Shown here piece after piece: positions 12,855 to 25,791 of a stretch of DNA of 64,000 bases. A program made the translations under genes and the position numbers. This DNA is from Octopus sinensis (Eukaryota), in NCBI RefSeq assembly GCF_006345805.1, contig NC_042999.1:90892001-90956000 (forward strand), in the 5' to 3' direction. Every line of letters begins with the position of its first letter. The stretch's first letter is position 1. The notes below the pieces were generated by a model, which saw only the letters and a program-made list of their open reading frames with translations, ran no database searches and had not been told where the DNA came from.

Positions 12855-13062
12855 GCATATATATATATTATTTATGTATACACATATATCTTTTTAAATA
12901 AGGGCATAGAAAACCTTTTTCCTCTTTGCCTACATATTCAAAAGAGACGCTAAGTCGTCGAGCTCAGCAGAGGACACAAGGAAATACACACCCAGAGAAA
13001 AGCAGACGTAATGTCACGCATATATATATATATATATACATGTGTGTGTGGGTGTAGGTGGG

Positions 13063-13102
<40 letters not shown>

Positions 13103-13348
13103 ATATATATATATATATTATATATATATATATATAGTGAAATAGAAAGATGAATAATCTTGTTGCAGATTAATCAAAAGTTTAACCGATACCTTGGTAG
13201 CAAAAATCACAGCAGAAGACAGCACGGTTGGAGGTACAACCATATGGTGTTGCAACCGTGCGTTGGTGCGGATAATTGAATTTTAATATTATTAGTGAAT
13301 TGAAGAAATGGAGTTGAACGAAGATTGAACAGAAATCGTTTTATTGCA

Positions 13349-13430
13349 TTCTACACGTGTTTCGAAAGGCACAATTTACCAAATTCCGATTGAATAAGGA
13401 GACCATATTGTGTCTTTCTCTTCAGGAAGA
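13349..13430 (-). ncRNA. Minimal type I hammerhead ribozyme
   Basis: The minus strand reads TTC-CTGAAGA-GAAAGACACAAT...ATTGTGCCTTTC-GAAA-C-ACGT-GTA-GAA. Stem II is 11/12 bp, loop 3 is the palindrome CACGTG, and stem I is only 3 bp. Confidence 0.72.
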
Positions 13431-13706
13431 AATAGGAAATCCGTTGGAAAAAACAAAAACAGAACAGAGGCGGAGCAAAACAAAACGAACGAGGCTCCTA
13501 AGAGCCCATGGCCAAACTGTTTATCAATGTATGTTGAAAACTGGTGGTGGGTGCGTTGAAGGTTTTAACGGGTCAGGCAGCGGTCATTCCGGTGGGTGGG
13601 AGCACGGGGTGCTTAGATGTTCTTTGTGACCGAGACTAAAGTTCTGACTATTTAAAGAATATTAGGTGTATTATATGGGGCGAGCCAAAATCTACTTAGA
13701 AACATG

Positions 13707-14039
13707 TGTGTATGTACTGTTCTATATATGCGCGGCAGCAAGTTGGTAAGAAGCGCTACACTCTGGTCGCTGCTGAGAAATCCGTCAGGGGGTAGAAAAT
13801 TTTTTTTATGTGTTCGTATGTGCGTTTGATCACGCGGCCGTCAGTTGGTAAACAGCCCTACACAATGGTCACAATGGTCATTGTGTAGGGCTGTTTACCA
13901 ACTGACGGCCGCGTGATCAAACGCACATACGAACACATAAAAAAATTTTTCTACCCCCTGACGGATTTCTCAGCAGCGACCAGAGTGTAGCGCTTCTTAC
14001 CAACTTGCTGCCGCGCATATATAGAACAGTACATACACA
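13707..14039. repeat. Near-perfect palindrome: 161-bp arms, 11-nt spacer
   Basis: 13707-13867 vs 13879-14039, with one difference in the A/T run. The apex holds the tandem ACAATGGTC-ACAATGGTC. Confidence 0.97.
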
Positions 14040-14304
14040 TGGGAAGCAATCTTCTTACTATACAGCCGCACTGTGTATATGTATATTGCCACTGGGTTTG
14101 TGTATTATGATATATTAGCGGAAGTTTTATAAGTTTAAGATAGCGTATTCAAGTCGCAGTGCGATTTAACATGAATTCGTGAATTCGCAAAATGCAGCCA
14201 TGCCTAGACCGGAATTTTATGTCACTATTTTCCTCGGTGTTATCGATGCTGTTTCATTAAAGTGATATATTTTTGATTTTGCTTCTATTGTATTCATTAT
14301 AGAC

Positions 14305-14340
14305 ATCATCATCATGATCACCATCGTCATCATCGGCATA

Positions 14341-14373
<33 letters not shown>

Positions 14374-14540
14374 TTCTTCTTCTCCTTCTTCTTCTTCCTC
14401 TTCTCCTTCTACTTCTTCTCCTTCTTCTTCTTCTTCTTCTTCTTCTCTTCTTCTTCTTCTTCTTCTTCTTCTTCTTTCTAAAACGAAAGTTATATATTTT
14501 ATCATTATCATCCACATCATCATCATTATCATCATCATCT
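14305..14540. repeat. (ATC)n/(TTC)n trinucleotide microsatellites
   Basis: Direct reading; source of the poly-E/R/K pseudo-ORFs. Confidence 0.95.
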
Positions 14541-14910
14541 CGATGCCCCCCCACCTTTCATCCTTCTCTACATCTGTCTGCCATGTGACAGCAGTGAAAT
14601 AAACTGTCCATTTTAAACAGAGTCTGAAAACTACTGATATTGCTTATTGCTGCATTGCAGGTGCCAAATAGTATTCCTGGGATAGATACACCTGGGATTT
14701 TAATTTCTGATATTTTTTTTAGATCGAATTTTCTCGAAATATGCAATAGGTACTTGACTAAGATTTGTTAAGGCATTTTTTGTCAGACAAAGCAAGTACG
14801 TGTATTTATCCGATAGATAACAAAATTTTAGCGGTTTGAATCACATTAATTGCCATAACTTGTGTATTACATTCCACGAAAATCTGCATTTCCATAGGCA
14901 ATAAATACTA

Positions 14911-16065
14911 TCAGGTCATCCCATAAGTTCTGTCAGTATGTTGAATAAAGAAAGCAAGTGATCAAGTGTTATATTTAATTGAAATTTAATCATCAATGTA
15001 CTTTCCCTGATCATCTATGACTTCCTTCCATCTATTGACAAGCTTTTAAATCCCATCAATATAAAACTCTTTTGGTTTCAAAGCGAAGAACTCTTAAATG
15101 TCAGCTTTGACCTCCTCCTGGCTTGCGAAAGTTATGTCCCCCAAATGATTCTGTAAACTACGAAACAAATGGTAGTCTGAAGGAGTAAGGTCGGGAGAAT
15201 AAGACGGATGAGAAATGTTTTCCCAACCAAGCTCTTCGATCTTCTGTGATGTGATCTTTGCAGTGTGAGGTCGTGCATTGTCCTGATGAAACATCACTCC
15301 TTTTCGATTCACTAAAGAGGAACTTTTTTCTTCAAAGCTTGGTTCAAACGTTTGAATTACTGACAGTAGACTTGAGCATTGATTGTTGCATTAGGTGGTA
15401 ACAATTCAAAGTAAATTAATCCTTTGTAATCCCACCTTCTCCGTTGTGGTTGAGCTTTTTTTCCTTTTATCAAGCCACTGTTTACGACGTTTAACATTTA
15501 GATAGAAGATCCATCTTTCGTCACCAATCACAAGTCTATCCAAAAAGAGTGAAATGAGTTCGCGAGAATGGAGAGAAGAGCAGATGTCAACTCGGGATTT
15601 GCGATTGCTTTCGGGCAATTCATGAGGCACCCATTTTCCAAATTTAGGAACTTTTCAAAGTTGTTGAAGATGATGAGGAACAGTCGTATGGTTTGAACTA
15701 AGCTTTATTGCCAAAACTGAAATCTCCACTTCTGAATTTTGAAAACCATCTTCTGCAAGTTCTTTTATTCTAGCATTATTTCCCATAAACTGAGTGTATG
15801 TTTCAAGTTGCTTCGGCTGCAGAATTTCCTTTTTTGTACCCATGAAGCATTATGTGCCTCAAATGCTCTTTGGATACTTTTATGGTAGAAAGGGTTTTAA
15901 TCAAAGAAATTTTAATTCTATTATTCTGTAAGATAATATTTAATTAGCTTAAATGTACACAAATACATAAAAATAATTTTTAATTCCATTAGACATTCTA
16001 ATACTATTAAATTTTATTCAGTTTTAAAGAAGGTGAAATCGGACAGATCTTATGGGACAACCTGA
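14911..16065 (-). mobile_element. Mariner (Tc1/mariner) element, decayed, with TIRs and TA TSD
   Basis: TIRs TCAGGTCATCCCATAAGTTCTGTC (14911-14934) and GACAGATCTTATGGGACAACCTGA (16042-16065), each flanked by TA. Transposase motifs VIGDERWIFY, HQDNARPH, HPSYSPDLTPSDYHLF. Confidence 0.92.
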
Positions 16066-16653
16066 TATATACGGAACATGTCTGTCTAGTTTATTTAATC
16101 TCGATGAAAACTGGGCAGAAAAATGTAAATATTTCCGTGGCCAGTTAAAATTGCATCATGAAACTCGTTTAGAAACATATAAATTACTCCAACCTAACAT
16201 GCTTTTGAATGACAAAGTAGCAAGGATGCCTCTAGGTGGCGGATCAACCTGCTGGAAATAGCAGCCAAATAGCTTTAAATTTACACACTACAGATTTAAA
16301 GCAAGAAAATTTGGGATAATATAATCCTAAAACATGGCAATCTTTCATCAGAGGTGTGTTCAATCAGAACTAAATTCATGCCAATTAAAAACTTCAGAAT
16401 GAACTACTAGCCATTAGATCTTTTGATGAGTGCTTTTGACAGTTTTGCTGTAAAACCATTAATCTGGTGCAATGATATCGTCAAAGAGAAGCGAAACGCG
16501 TGAAAGTCAACGGCTATGCGATAGTGTACACGCATACAGATATGCACACACACAGACTCCCACCTCTCATACACACACATAATGAAATGTTAGCGCTAAT
16601 CAGTGTTTAGGTATAAGCAGAATTTAGGTTAGTTGAAATATGTTTATGATATA

Positions 16654-16985
16654 CTAGCAGTATCGCCCGGCGTTGCTCGGGTTTGTAAGGGAAATAACTA
16701 TATAAGCATTTTTAGAGAGTTATAGCAAAAAAATAGCAAAAAATGCATTAAAAATGGAAAACAAATGATGGTAATTTTTTTTTAAATCGTTGACTCATCG
16801 TACACATTTTTAGAGAGTTACTTCCCTTATATAATAGCGAAAAAATGCATTAAAATGGAAAAATGTGATGGTAAATTAATTTTAAAATCGTAGACTCGTC
16901 GTAGACGCTCGCTAATACCCAGAGGGGCTCGATATGAATCATGACTACAAGATACCCGGTTTTGGTTAAACTGCACCGCAAAATG
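16654..16985 (-). mobile_element. Non-autonomous Helitron, 5'-truncated
   Basis: The minus-strand 3' end is CCCGAGCAACGCCGGG hairpin plus CGATACTG-CTAG followed by T; the adjacent sequence is shared with 18349-18729. Confidence 0.8.
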
Positions 16986-16992
16986 TGATTTC

Positions 16993-17206
16993 AACTGCTA
17001 AAAGGCAAATACACTGCAGCTACCGTGGAGAATATATCTCTCTTATGGTAAAAAGGTGTGAAAATACCCGCTTCGTTCAGTGTCGCTATCTATAAGTAAT
17101 CTTAGACATTGCTTTTTTAAGCTTCTTGACTCTTGTTTATGAGTTGTAGCTAAGAGTGGCAACTCTCTTAGGTACATTTCTGCAGTGCATTTGCCTTTTA
17201 GCAGTT
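16993..17206. mobile_element. Putative MITE with 27-bp TIRs
   Basis: AACTGCTAAAAGGCAAATACACTGCAG (16993-17019) vs CTGCAGTGCATTTGCCTTTTAGCAGTT (17180-17206), one mismatch. Confidence 0.55.
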
Positions 17207-17231
17207 CAACTTTGTCACAAACATATTTCAA

Positions 17232-17425
<194 letters not shown>

Positions 17426-17475
17426 GAACATATGTGTGTGTCTGTGCGTGTGTAGCCGTGGGTGTGTATATAATC

Positions 17476-17512
<37 letters not shown>

Positions 17513-18348
17513 AAGGGTGTTGAATGATTACAACACAAGTCTACTAGACCTCAAATGGTCTATGAACCACATAGATTATTATATATCATACATACCATAA
17601 GCGCAAATAATGTACATGCATTTTGCACGTATTCACTAATTAAAATCCAAGTGCTTATTTCGACCATGTGCATATTTACTCAGAATAGTTCTCCAGTAAA
17701 TGTGTTATAGGAGTGAATTATTATATATTTTTATACGTAATTAGGAGAAAATCATTATTTAATGATTTATCAGTGACCAGCATACAAAAATACCATAATG
17801 GTTAATTTATATTAAAATTATAATAAGGGTGTTGAATGAGTACAACACCAATCTGCTAGAAATAGACCACAAATGGTCTATGAAACACTTAGATTATTAC
17901 TCCGTTACACAAGGTTGTAAACGCGGTAGCACATGGTTGAAATAGGCGCTGGGATTTTAATTCGTGAATACGTGGGAAATGCATGTACATTATTAGTGCT
18001 TATGGTATGTATAACGTATTTTCCATTCATTCACGTTCGGTATGTTGCCACTGGTGATCGAAAAGGATTTTAATAACTCAAACTGTGAACTCTATAGATT
18101 TGGTGCTATCTAAATTATTTTATAAATTTTCGCTGTCTATTTTCCTTGCTTACAACCTTGCGTAGGGGTTAATAATATAAGTGGTTCATAGACCATTTAG
18201 GGTCTATTTCTAGCAGACTGGCGTTGTAATTATTTAACACCCTGATTATAATTTTAATATAAATTAACCATTATGGTATTTTTAATAAGATGGCCACGGA
18301 TAAATCATTAAATAATGATTTTACCCTAATTACGTATATATATATATA

Positions 18349-18729
18349 CTAGCAGTATCGCCCGGCGTTGCTCAGGTTTATAAGGGAAATAACTATAAAG
18401 CATTTTTAGAGAGTTATAGCCCAAAAATAGCCAAAAAATGGGAAAAATATGATGGTAAATTTTTTTGAGAGTTAAAAAAGGTGGAGTTACGTCCCCTAGA
18501 CGGTCTGTGGTTTGGGTTTCTGATTCTCGACCCCATGTCGAATTTATCGATTTTTTTCAGAACTGGGGGAACTTTTCAAAATTTTCGCTGCGTTAGTTTT
18601 GAATTATGACATTGGGCTATGTGTGTGTCAAGTTTCATCAGAATCGGTTGAAAGCCGTGGTCAGAGTGAGGGTACGAGAAAACAGACACACAGAAAACGC
18701 ACAGACAAACTGCCGTTTATATAGAGAGA
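18349..18729 (-). mobile_element. Complete non-autonomous Helitron (381 bp)
   Basis: 5' TC, 3' hairpin plus CTAG, inserted between A and T. Its 5' part (about 190 bp) matches 58998-59180. Confidence 0.88.
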
Positions 18730-18799
18730 TATATATATATTTCGTTTTTGGATTTGGTTTGCAAGATTCTTTATATGAGTTCGTGTGTTGAAGCATATT

Positions 18800-19402
<603 letters not shown>

Positions 19403-20339
19403 ATATGTATATATATATATATATATGTATACACACACACTCAAACACACACACACTTGTATATATACACATCGCATACGCATGTACGTACAAGACATAT
19501 ACATATTTGTATTCTTCCATACATATTAGTAAACATATGGATGTCTTTGTATCAGTATATACATGGGTATGTGCCTCAATATATAACTAGGAAGATTAAT
19601 GACAGTTATACTGATAGATAGATAGAAAGACAGATAGATGAAAAGATAGATAGACAGTCAGGTACACCAATGCATATATAAACATACACACATGCACATA
19701 TGCACGCACATAAATACACACAAACACACTTTTTGTAATGACGAAGAAAATTTTATCATATAAGATTTTCAATTGTTTGAAGGATAAAAGACTCTGACCA
19801 CGGAACCGGATGCTGTTTTCCGTTACAAGTGAGTATTTTTATTAAAAGCGGAAACGCACCATTTCCATAAGAATGATAGCAATGCAATAAAACATATATA
19901 ATTCTTTGTAATTTCTTGTAGAAGACATTTACATTATTTTCTTGCGATTTGTCTTTCAGCTGTAAACTAATACAAAATTAGTTTCTCGTCAATTTGAATT
20001 TTGATTTCCATTATAGTTAATGAAGCAGATGAAGACGGAGAAAAAGAGCGAAAACGAAATAAAAGAAAGTTAATTCGATTATTTATATCATTCTTTCAAC
20101 TCTTCAGAGCATAGTGTGCGAATGGAATTGCTATTAAAGTTCGTTAAAGGCAATGTATAAAGTTTGAGAGAGACTTATTGACGGGAACTTATCAAGTTTG
20201 AATCACGCAGGACTATTGTTCCGTGTTGAAGAAATTCATAACAGCAGATGTAGACAATGACGTGAAATAAAGAGGTAGGATTCTCTGACAGCATTCACAT
20301 TTATAAGATTTTGGTATTTGATTATCAACTTGTAGACGC

Positions 20340-20374
<35 letters not shown>

Positions 20375-20929
20375 AAAGCCAACCCCACCCCTACACATTC
20401 CTACCCCACCTACCTTATCCTTCCCTATCCTTTCCTAACCCTCTCATCCCACTCCATATCATCCCTTACACCCTCAGCCTAAGCCATACCCCGCCCGTGC
20501 TTTCGCCACTCTCGCCTCCGCCACCCCCAACACCATTACACCACACTACACCATACCACACAGCACATCACATCACAACACACCACCACGCACACACCAG
20601 CACTCACCAATTTCCATCCCCACATTTTCACACCTACAGATACATACACGCACACGTCAAGACCACCAGCCCTCTTTCACACGCACATACGTACTCTCTT
20701 ATACACACGCGCACCTTCGTTTTGGAATCACTACTACTTTGTTATCTCCCCTACTTCTTAGCTCTTCTGCGTGACCCTTCTGTTCGGTATTCACCATGCT
20801 TGAGTCTAACATACATATCTGTGTCTGTTAGTCTGTTACCATCTCCCTATTATCTTTCTCCCTTCCTCTATGTTATCATGTTATTGATGTGTACCATTCT
20901 CATTTTCCATATTTTCCCCCAGTTTGTCA

Positions 20930-21285
20930 CTGATGACAGAATATCCCATATTCGTGGGTCTCCCAGAAACAGCTGTAGGATTGGAGTCCAAATGGGCAAA
21001 ATAGTACAAAATACGTGGGAGCAACTGTGGGCCCCTTCAGAAGCCGATATAACAATCGCAAGTCCTCCTTCGACATCCCGGAGAGACGTAACACCACAAA
21101 CCTGAAAAAGCGTCACTGAGTACAGCATAAAGTGGAAGATACTAAATAAATGTAAAGCGTATTTCAATAGCAGCAGCACGTGCAAATAATGCCTGGCTGA
21201 GAAAAGAGCGATTTTAAAGAGCTCCAATTACCAAGGCATTTACCTGAATAGCAGAAATGAAATTTTTAATCGTTGCTCACATGTA
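20930..21285 (+). mobile_element. Penelope-like remnant: decayed hammerhead followed by the GIY-YIG endonuclease C-terminal part
   Basis: KYVGATVGPFRSRYNNRKSSF...YSIKWKILNKCKAY...CK*CLAEKRAIL...LNSRNEIFNRCSH. It is preceded by CTGATGA (20930) ... GAAACAGCTGTA. Confidence 0.75.
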
Positions 21286-23289
21286 GTACATCCTATCATA
21301 CTTGCGTGCCTCCAAATTCGGCCTTCCACCAATACTTGAGAGTCCGGCAAAGAGTTTGAGCAGAAAATACATTGACACACCCACAAACAAACACATACGC
21401 TCCACCAAGGCTGACAGCCACCTAATAGACTTCCCCACCAATATAAGCTTCCACACACTGTACTCCTAAAGTCACTGCATGTTTAAATAAATGCTCGGCG
21501 AATTTAAGCAAAGCATAAAAGAAAGGAAACACCTTAACGAACACATTGTATATACCTCTACCATTGCAAAGGCTATGTGTATTGTACCATTATACACGCT
21601 CCATTCCCACAAAAATACCAACCTTAAAAACGTACAGATTTCCCACAAGCTCTTTTCCAGAAAACTTATGCCGACTTGTAACATTTTATTTCAATTAATT
21701 TTTAAAATAATGAAGAATTTACTAAAATAACTACGTCATTACTGAATAGGATTTTGGAACAAAATAACATAAAATTGCGATGAATTCAGATAACTTAGAA
21801 ACAAGGAAATTCATGTCGTAGAACACAGAACAATCTGCATTGCATTTTTTCTTCCTTTATTTTGTTGTAGGCAAAGAACATTCCTTGATGCGTGTCCTAC
21901 GCCATTTAAGATAGCGGTAGCATTGAGTTGGAGAGACTTTCCACTAGATTTCTAATCTCAGTAAACTTTAACATGTTTCTTGTACTTACAAGTGACAGGA
22001 CGTCAGATCAAATAATATGGAATATGCATTCATATTACCGACTTCGGTCTGCTGTCAGATGTATCCTCTTCGAGTATCTAAGTTCAGATTATGGGACCAA
22101 AAGCTTAATTCAAGTTCACTGCAACAGCAGTCTTTAGCTCTACTTAAAGGCAAACTCTTAAGTGAGGTCCAACGAGTCAAATTGTTTGGGAAAGTTTAAA
22201 ATATATATTTTTTTAACGTAATATAATAGCACATTTCAGGAAACACTATCAAAAATATTTTCACTTTTCTCTTTACTTAGTTTTTAAAAACTGAATTAAT
22301 TATTTGTATGATAGTACAGTACTCACTAAATTTTGTGATGATCTTTTACTCGTTCTCACTTTCTTCGGCTGTATTCGGTTATTTTTTCTGATCTACGTAA
22401 ATAAACAATAATACGTATATCAGCTCAAATATTCGAAAATATAATGATTTTCATTTCTTAAGCATTGTAATGACTCGTGTAGAACAAGAGGTGTGTGTGT
22501 TCCCGGCGTGTAATGCGTCATCTGATGTGTGCCTATATATGTCTCTATGTCTAAATGTATGCATTTTGGCGTGTGTGTGTGTGTGTGTATGTGTGTGTGT
22601 GTGTGTATGTGTGCGCGCGTGTGTATGTGCGTGCGGGTGGTTCGGTTCCAATTCTTGATTGATACTATTTATTTCAATCTTCACACTATTAACATTGTGA
22701 AAGACATCATCGCGAAAGTACCTTATCTACCAATTTCTAAACTTGTATAAGCATTAATTTTGTTTCGGCTCGACTTACCCTCTTGTTCCTCTTCTCCCGC
22801 TCCCGACGGAATTTCATTAAATTCAGCATACATTTATTTGTATCAAAAGATATGTCCTCAATCTTATTTCCCGTCTCATTCTTGCTTTACAACATCGATT
22901 TCGTTACTCACCTAATTAAACGATGAGTCTTTTCAATGACGATAATTCATACGTTTCTCCACTTATACGATTAATGGTAAATTGATTTATCGTTGTGACC
23001 TACATTTTATGGAAGTCTGCAAAAACAAGAGCAGAAAACAAAGTCAGTTTAAACTAACATCTCTGGAATTAATTGATATTAATACAAACATAGTGGAACA
23101 ATGAAGGTAGCACTGAATGCTAATAGTCACAATCAGACACACACACACACACACACGCATACACACACACACACACAAACCCGCCAAAATACACATCGAC
23201 ACCGAGACATATATACACACATCAGATGAGACGTAACACGCAGGAATACACACACGCTCACGCATACATGTAATACATGTATATATATA

Positions 23290-23510
23290 TATTAGTATGT
23301 GTTTGTGTGTCTGTATTTGACCCCCCCGACAACATCGCTTGACAACCGATACTGGTGTGTTTACATCCCCGTAACTTAGCGGTTCATCATAAGAGACCGA
23401 TAGAATAAGTACTAGGCTTACAAAGAATAAATCCTGGGGTCGAGTTGATCGACTGAATGCAGTGCTCCAGCATGGCTGCTTCAAATGACTGAAACAAGTA
23501 AAAGAATACA
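23290..23510 (+). mobile_element. tRNA-derived SINE, 3' half
   Basis: CTTGACAACCGATACTGGTGTGTTTACATCCCCGTAACTTAGCGGTTC...AAATGACTGAAACAAGTAAAAGA; matches the reverse complement of 38993-39200. Confidence 0.85.
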
Positions 23511-23525
23511 TATATATATCTATCT

Positions 23526-23570
<45 letters not shown>

Positions 23571-24069
23571 ATATATACACATATATATACTTGCACAATA
23601 TATAGATACGCGCGCACACACATACACACACACACACACACATTCATTAACTTGGATAGTGAGATTTAAATAGAAATTGCATGATATATAGTCAGAATTT
23701 AAAATCCAATGTGCATCTTAGTATATCGAAAAAATAAAGTTAAAATACAACACGTGCATTATAGTCCAAGTTTCTTTTCATTGCTTTCTTTACTTAGAAA
23801 GATTACAGACTGAAATATAGAAACAAGACCAAAATATGAGTGTGGTCGTATATTATTTGATTATATCGTATATTATGGCCGAATTATGTAATCCATGATA
23901 GGTAAGTTTTCGAAATCTCACTTCACCGGTGATTCGTAAGAAAACCTTGAAAACGTACCTGGCCTGTAATGCATAATTCGGGTATTAGAGTCATTGAAAC
24001 AAGTGTAGGATCACGTAATTAATACATATGAGACGACTCCCCAGTTTTCACCTATATATATCTCATATC

Positions 24070-24321
24070 TTTTATTCGTTTCAGTCATTAGACTCCAGCC
24101 ATTCTGGGGTGCTGCCTTGATGGATTTTTTTTAGTAAAATGAATCAACTACAGTACTTTTTTAAAGCCTTGTACTTTTTCTATCGGTGTGTTAGATGGAA
24201 CCTCTAAGTTTCAGGGACGTAAGCACTCCAACACCAGTTGTCCAGCGGAGGTGGTGACAGACATAGACACAAATACACACAGAGACACACACACACATAT
24301 CTCTCTATCTATCTATCTATC

Positions 24322-24414
<93 letters not shown>

Positions 24415-24762
24415 AATTTATCTATCTATCTATCTATCTATCGATCGATCGATCGATCTATATTACTCTTTTACTTGTTTCAGCTATTTTGACTGCGGCC
24501 ATGCTGCGCCTTTAATCGAACCAATCGACCCCAGGACTTATTTTTTATAAGCCTACTACTTCTCTCGGTTTCTCTTGTCGAACTGCTATGTTTCGGGGAC
24601 GTAAAAAACCAGCATGGGTTGTCAAACAGGCTTTTTTCAAATCCGCTCACAAGGCTTTGGTCGGCTAGAGGCTATAGCAGAAGTTCCTTACCTAATGTGC
24701 CACGTCGTGAGACTGAGCCCGAAACCATGTTGTTGGGAAGGAAGCTTCTTACCACACACATT
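24070..24762 (-). mobile_element. Two diverged SINE copies (24070-24290 and 24465-24762) separated by (TCTA)n
   Basis: Both are homologous to 38993-39394. Confidence 0.75.
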
Positions 24763-25029
24763 TAGCATCACTAAAATGTGACGAACGGTGCAGTCAACAC
24801 TAGCATTACTAGAAATAAGAGTCAAACACTCTTTAGTCACAAAAGCACATTTTCTTTTTACTGGCAGCGGAGACAACCTAGCCAACGAGAGAACTATGCC
24901 ACTTTCGCAGCGGAGACAATCACTTTCGCATGAAGTTTAATGCTCATCAATAATGTTTACTCCATCGCGGGTGGTGAAGTTAAATTCTATATATGTATAT
25001 ATGTATATGTATGTATATTTGCATATATA

Positions 25030-25084
<55 letters not shown>

Positions 25085-25633
25085 GGACACATCTATTCAC
25101 ACCCGCATACTAACCTCCTGATAACCCCAAAATCATTCATGCATAAAGGGGAAGTATACACCACATTGGCTACTTCCTCTGTTCTCTCAGTTCAGCCTTT
25201 CTGCTAATACCGACAGGTCAGTAAAAACATATTCTCGCCTTGTACTTAAAATATTCTGAGATGTATAAAAAATCCATTTTAATTTTTGCTGTCAAAAGGC
25301 TGTATACATATACCAAAGATTGTATATATATACATGTAATGTGACAATTTGCGACAACCAATAATTAACGCAACCAATTCCCAATAATATATTTGTTTTA
25401 TCCTTTTCTGCCAAATTTTCCCAAATATTCTCATCACACTATTGAACTTCTCTGTTACCAAACACTATATTTATACATGTAATGTGACAATTATGTATAA
25501 AAAAACATTTTTGAATTCATAATATCCAATGTGACAATTATGTAAAAACTTTTTTGAATGCATAATATTCAATGTGACAATTATGTAAAAACCTTTTTTT
25601 GAACCCATATTATTCAATGTTTCCTTAAATGTA

Positions 25634-25681
25634 ACTTTTGACAATCTTTTACCAAAGAGTGAAACCGGTTAAGTAAATAAA
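25634..25681 (+). ncRNA. Degenerate hammerhead motif, probably inactive
   Basis: ACTT-TTGACAA (two changes from CTGACGA)-TCTTT/AAAGA-GT-GAAA-CCGG-TT-AAGT-AAATAAA, followed by (TA)n at 25755. Confidence 0.4.
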
Positions 25682-25751
25682 CATCGTTTAAATTGCATTT
25701 TCAAACCTTTTTTCTTATATAATCCCACTCGTGCGATACCCCACAACTCAA

Positions 25752-25791
<40 letters not shown>

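Larger units (their letters stand above)
13137..14039 (-). mobile_element. Hammerhead-bearing PLE pLTR-like insert with a 161-bp 5' foldback
   Basis: On the minus strand: palindrome apex at about 13873, hammerhead at 13430-13349, AATAAA just downstream, then termination in (TA)n at about 13136. Confidence 0.65.

Noticed and set aside
17855-17898. Module A hairpin flanked by CTGCTAGA and GAAAC, resembling a hammerhead
   Set aside because: The core is not CUGANGA, there is no GUH site, and GAAAC is not conserved in the other two diverged copies (GAACC).
21985-22125. Perfect minus-strand donor GTAAGT with upstream acceptor-like sites
   Set aside because: All three frames close with the best acceptor; the alternative acceptor is weak.
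22880-22945. Minus-strand TTGAAAA-GACTCATC/GGTGAGT-AAC-GAAA hammerhead skeleton
   Set aside because: Multiple core mismatches and no stem I; too decayed to call.
25481-25620. Short repeats with regular spacing, superficially CRISPR-like
   Set aside because: The intervening sequences are themselves similar (a tandem repeat), the context is eukaryotic, and there are no cas genes.
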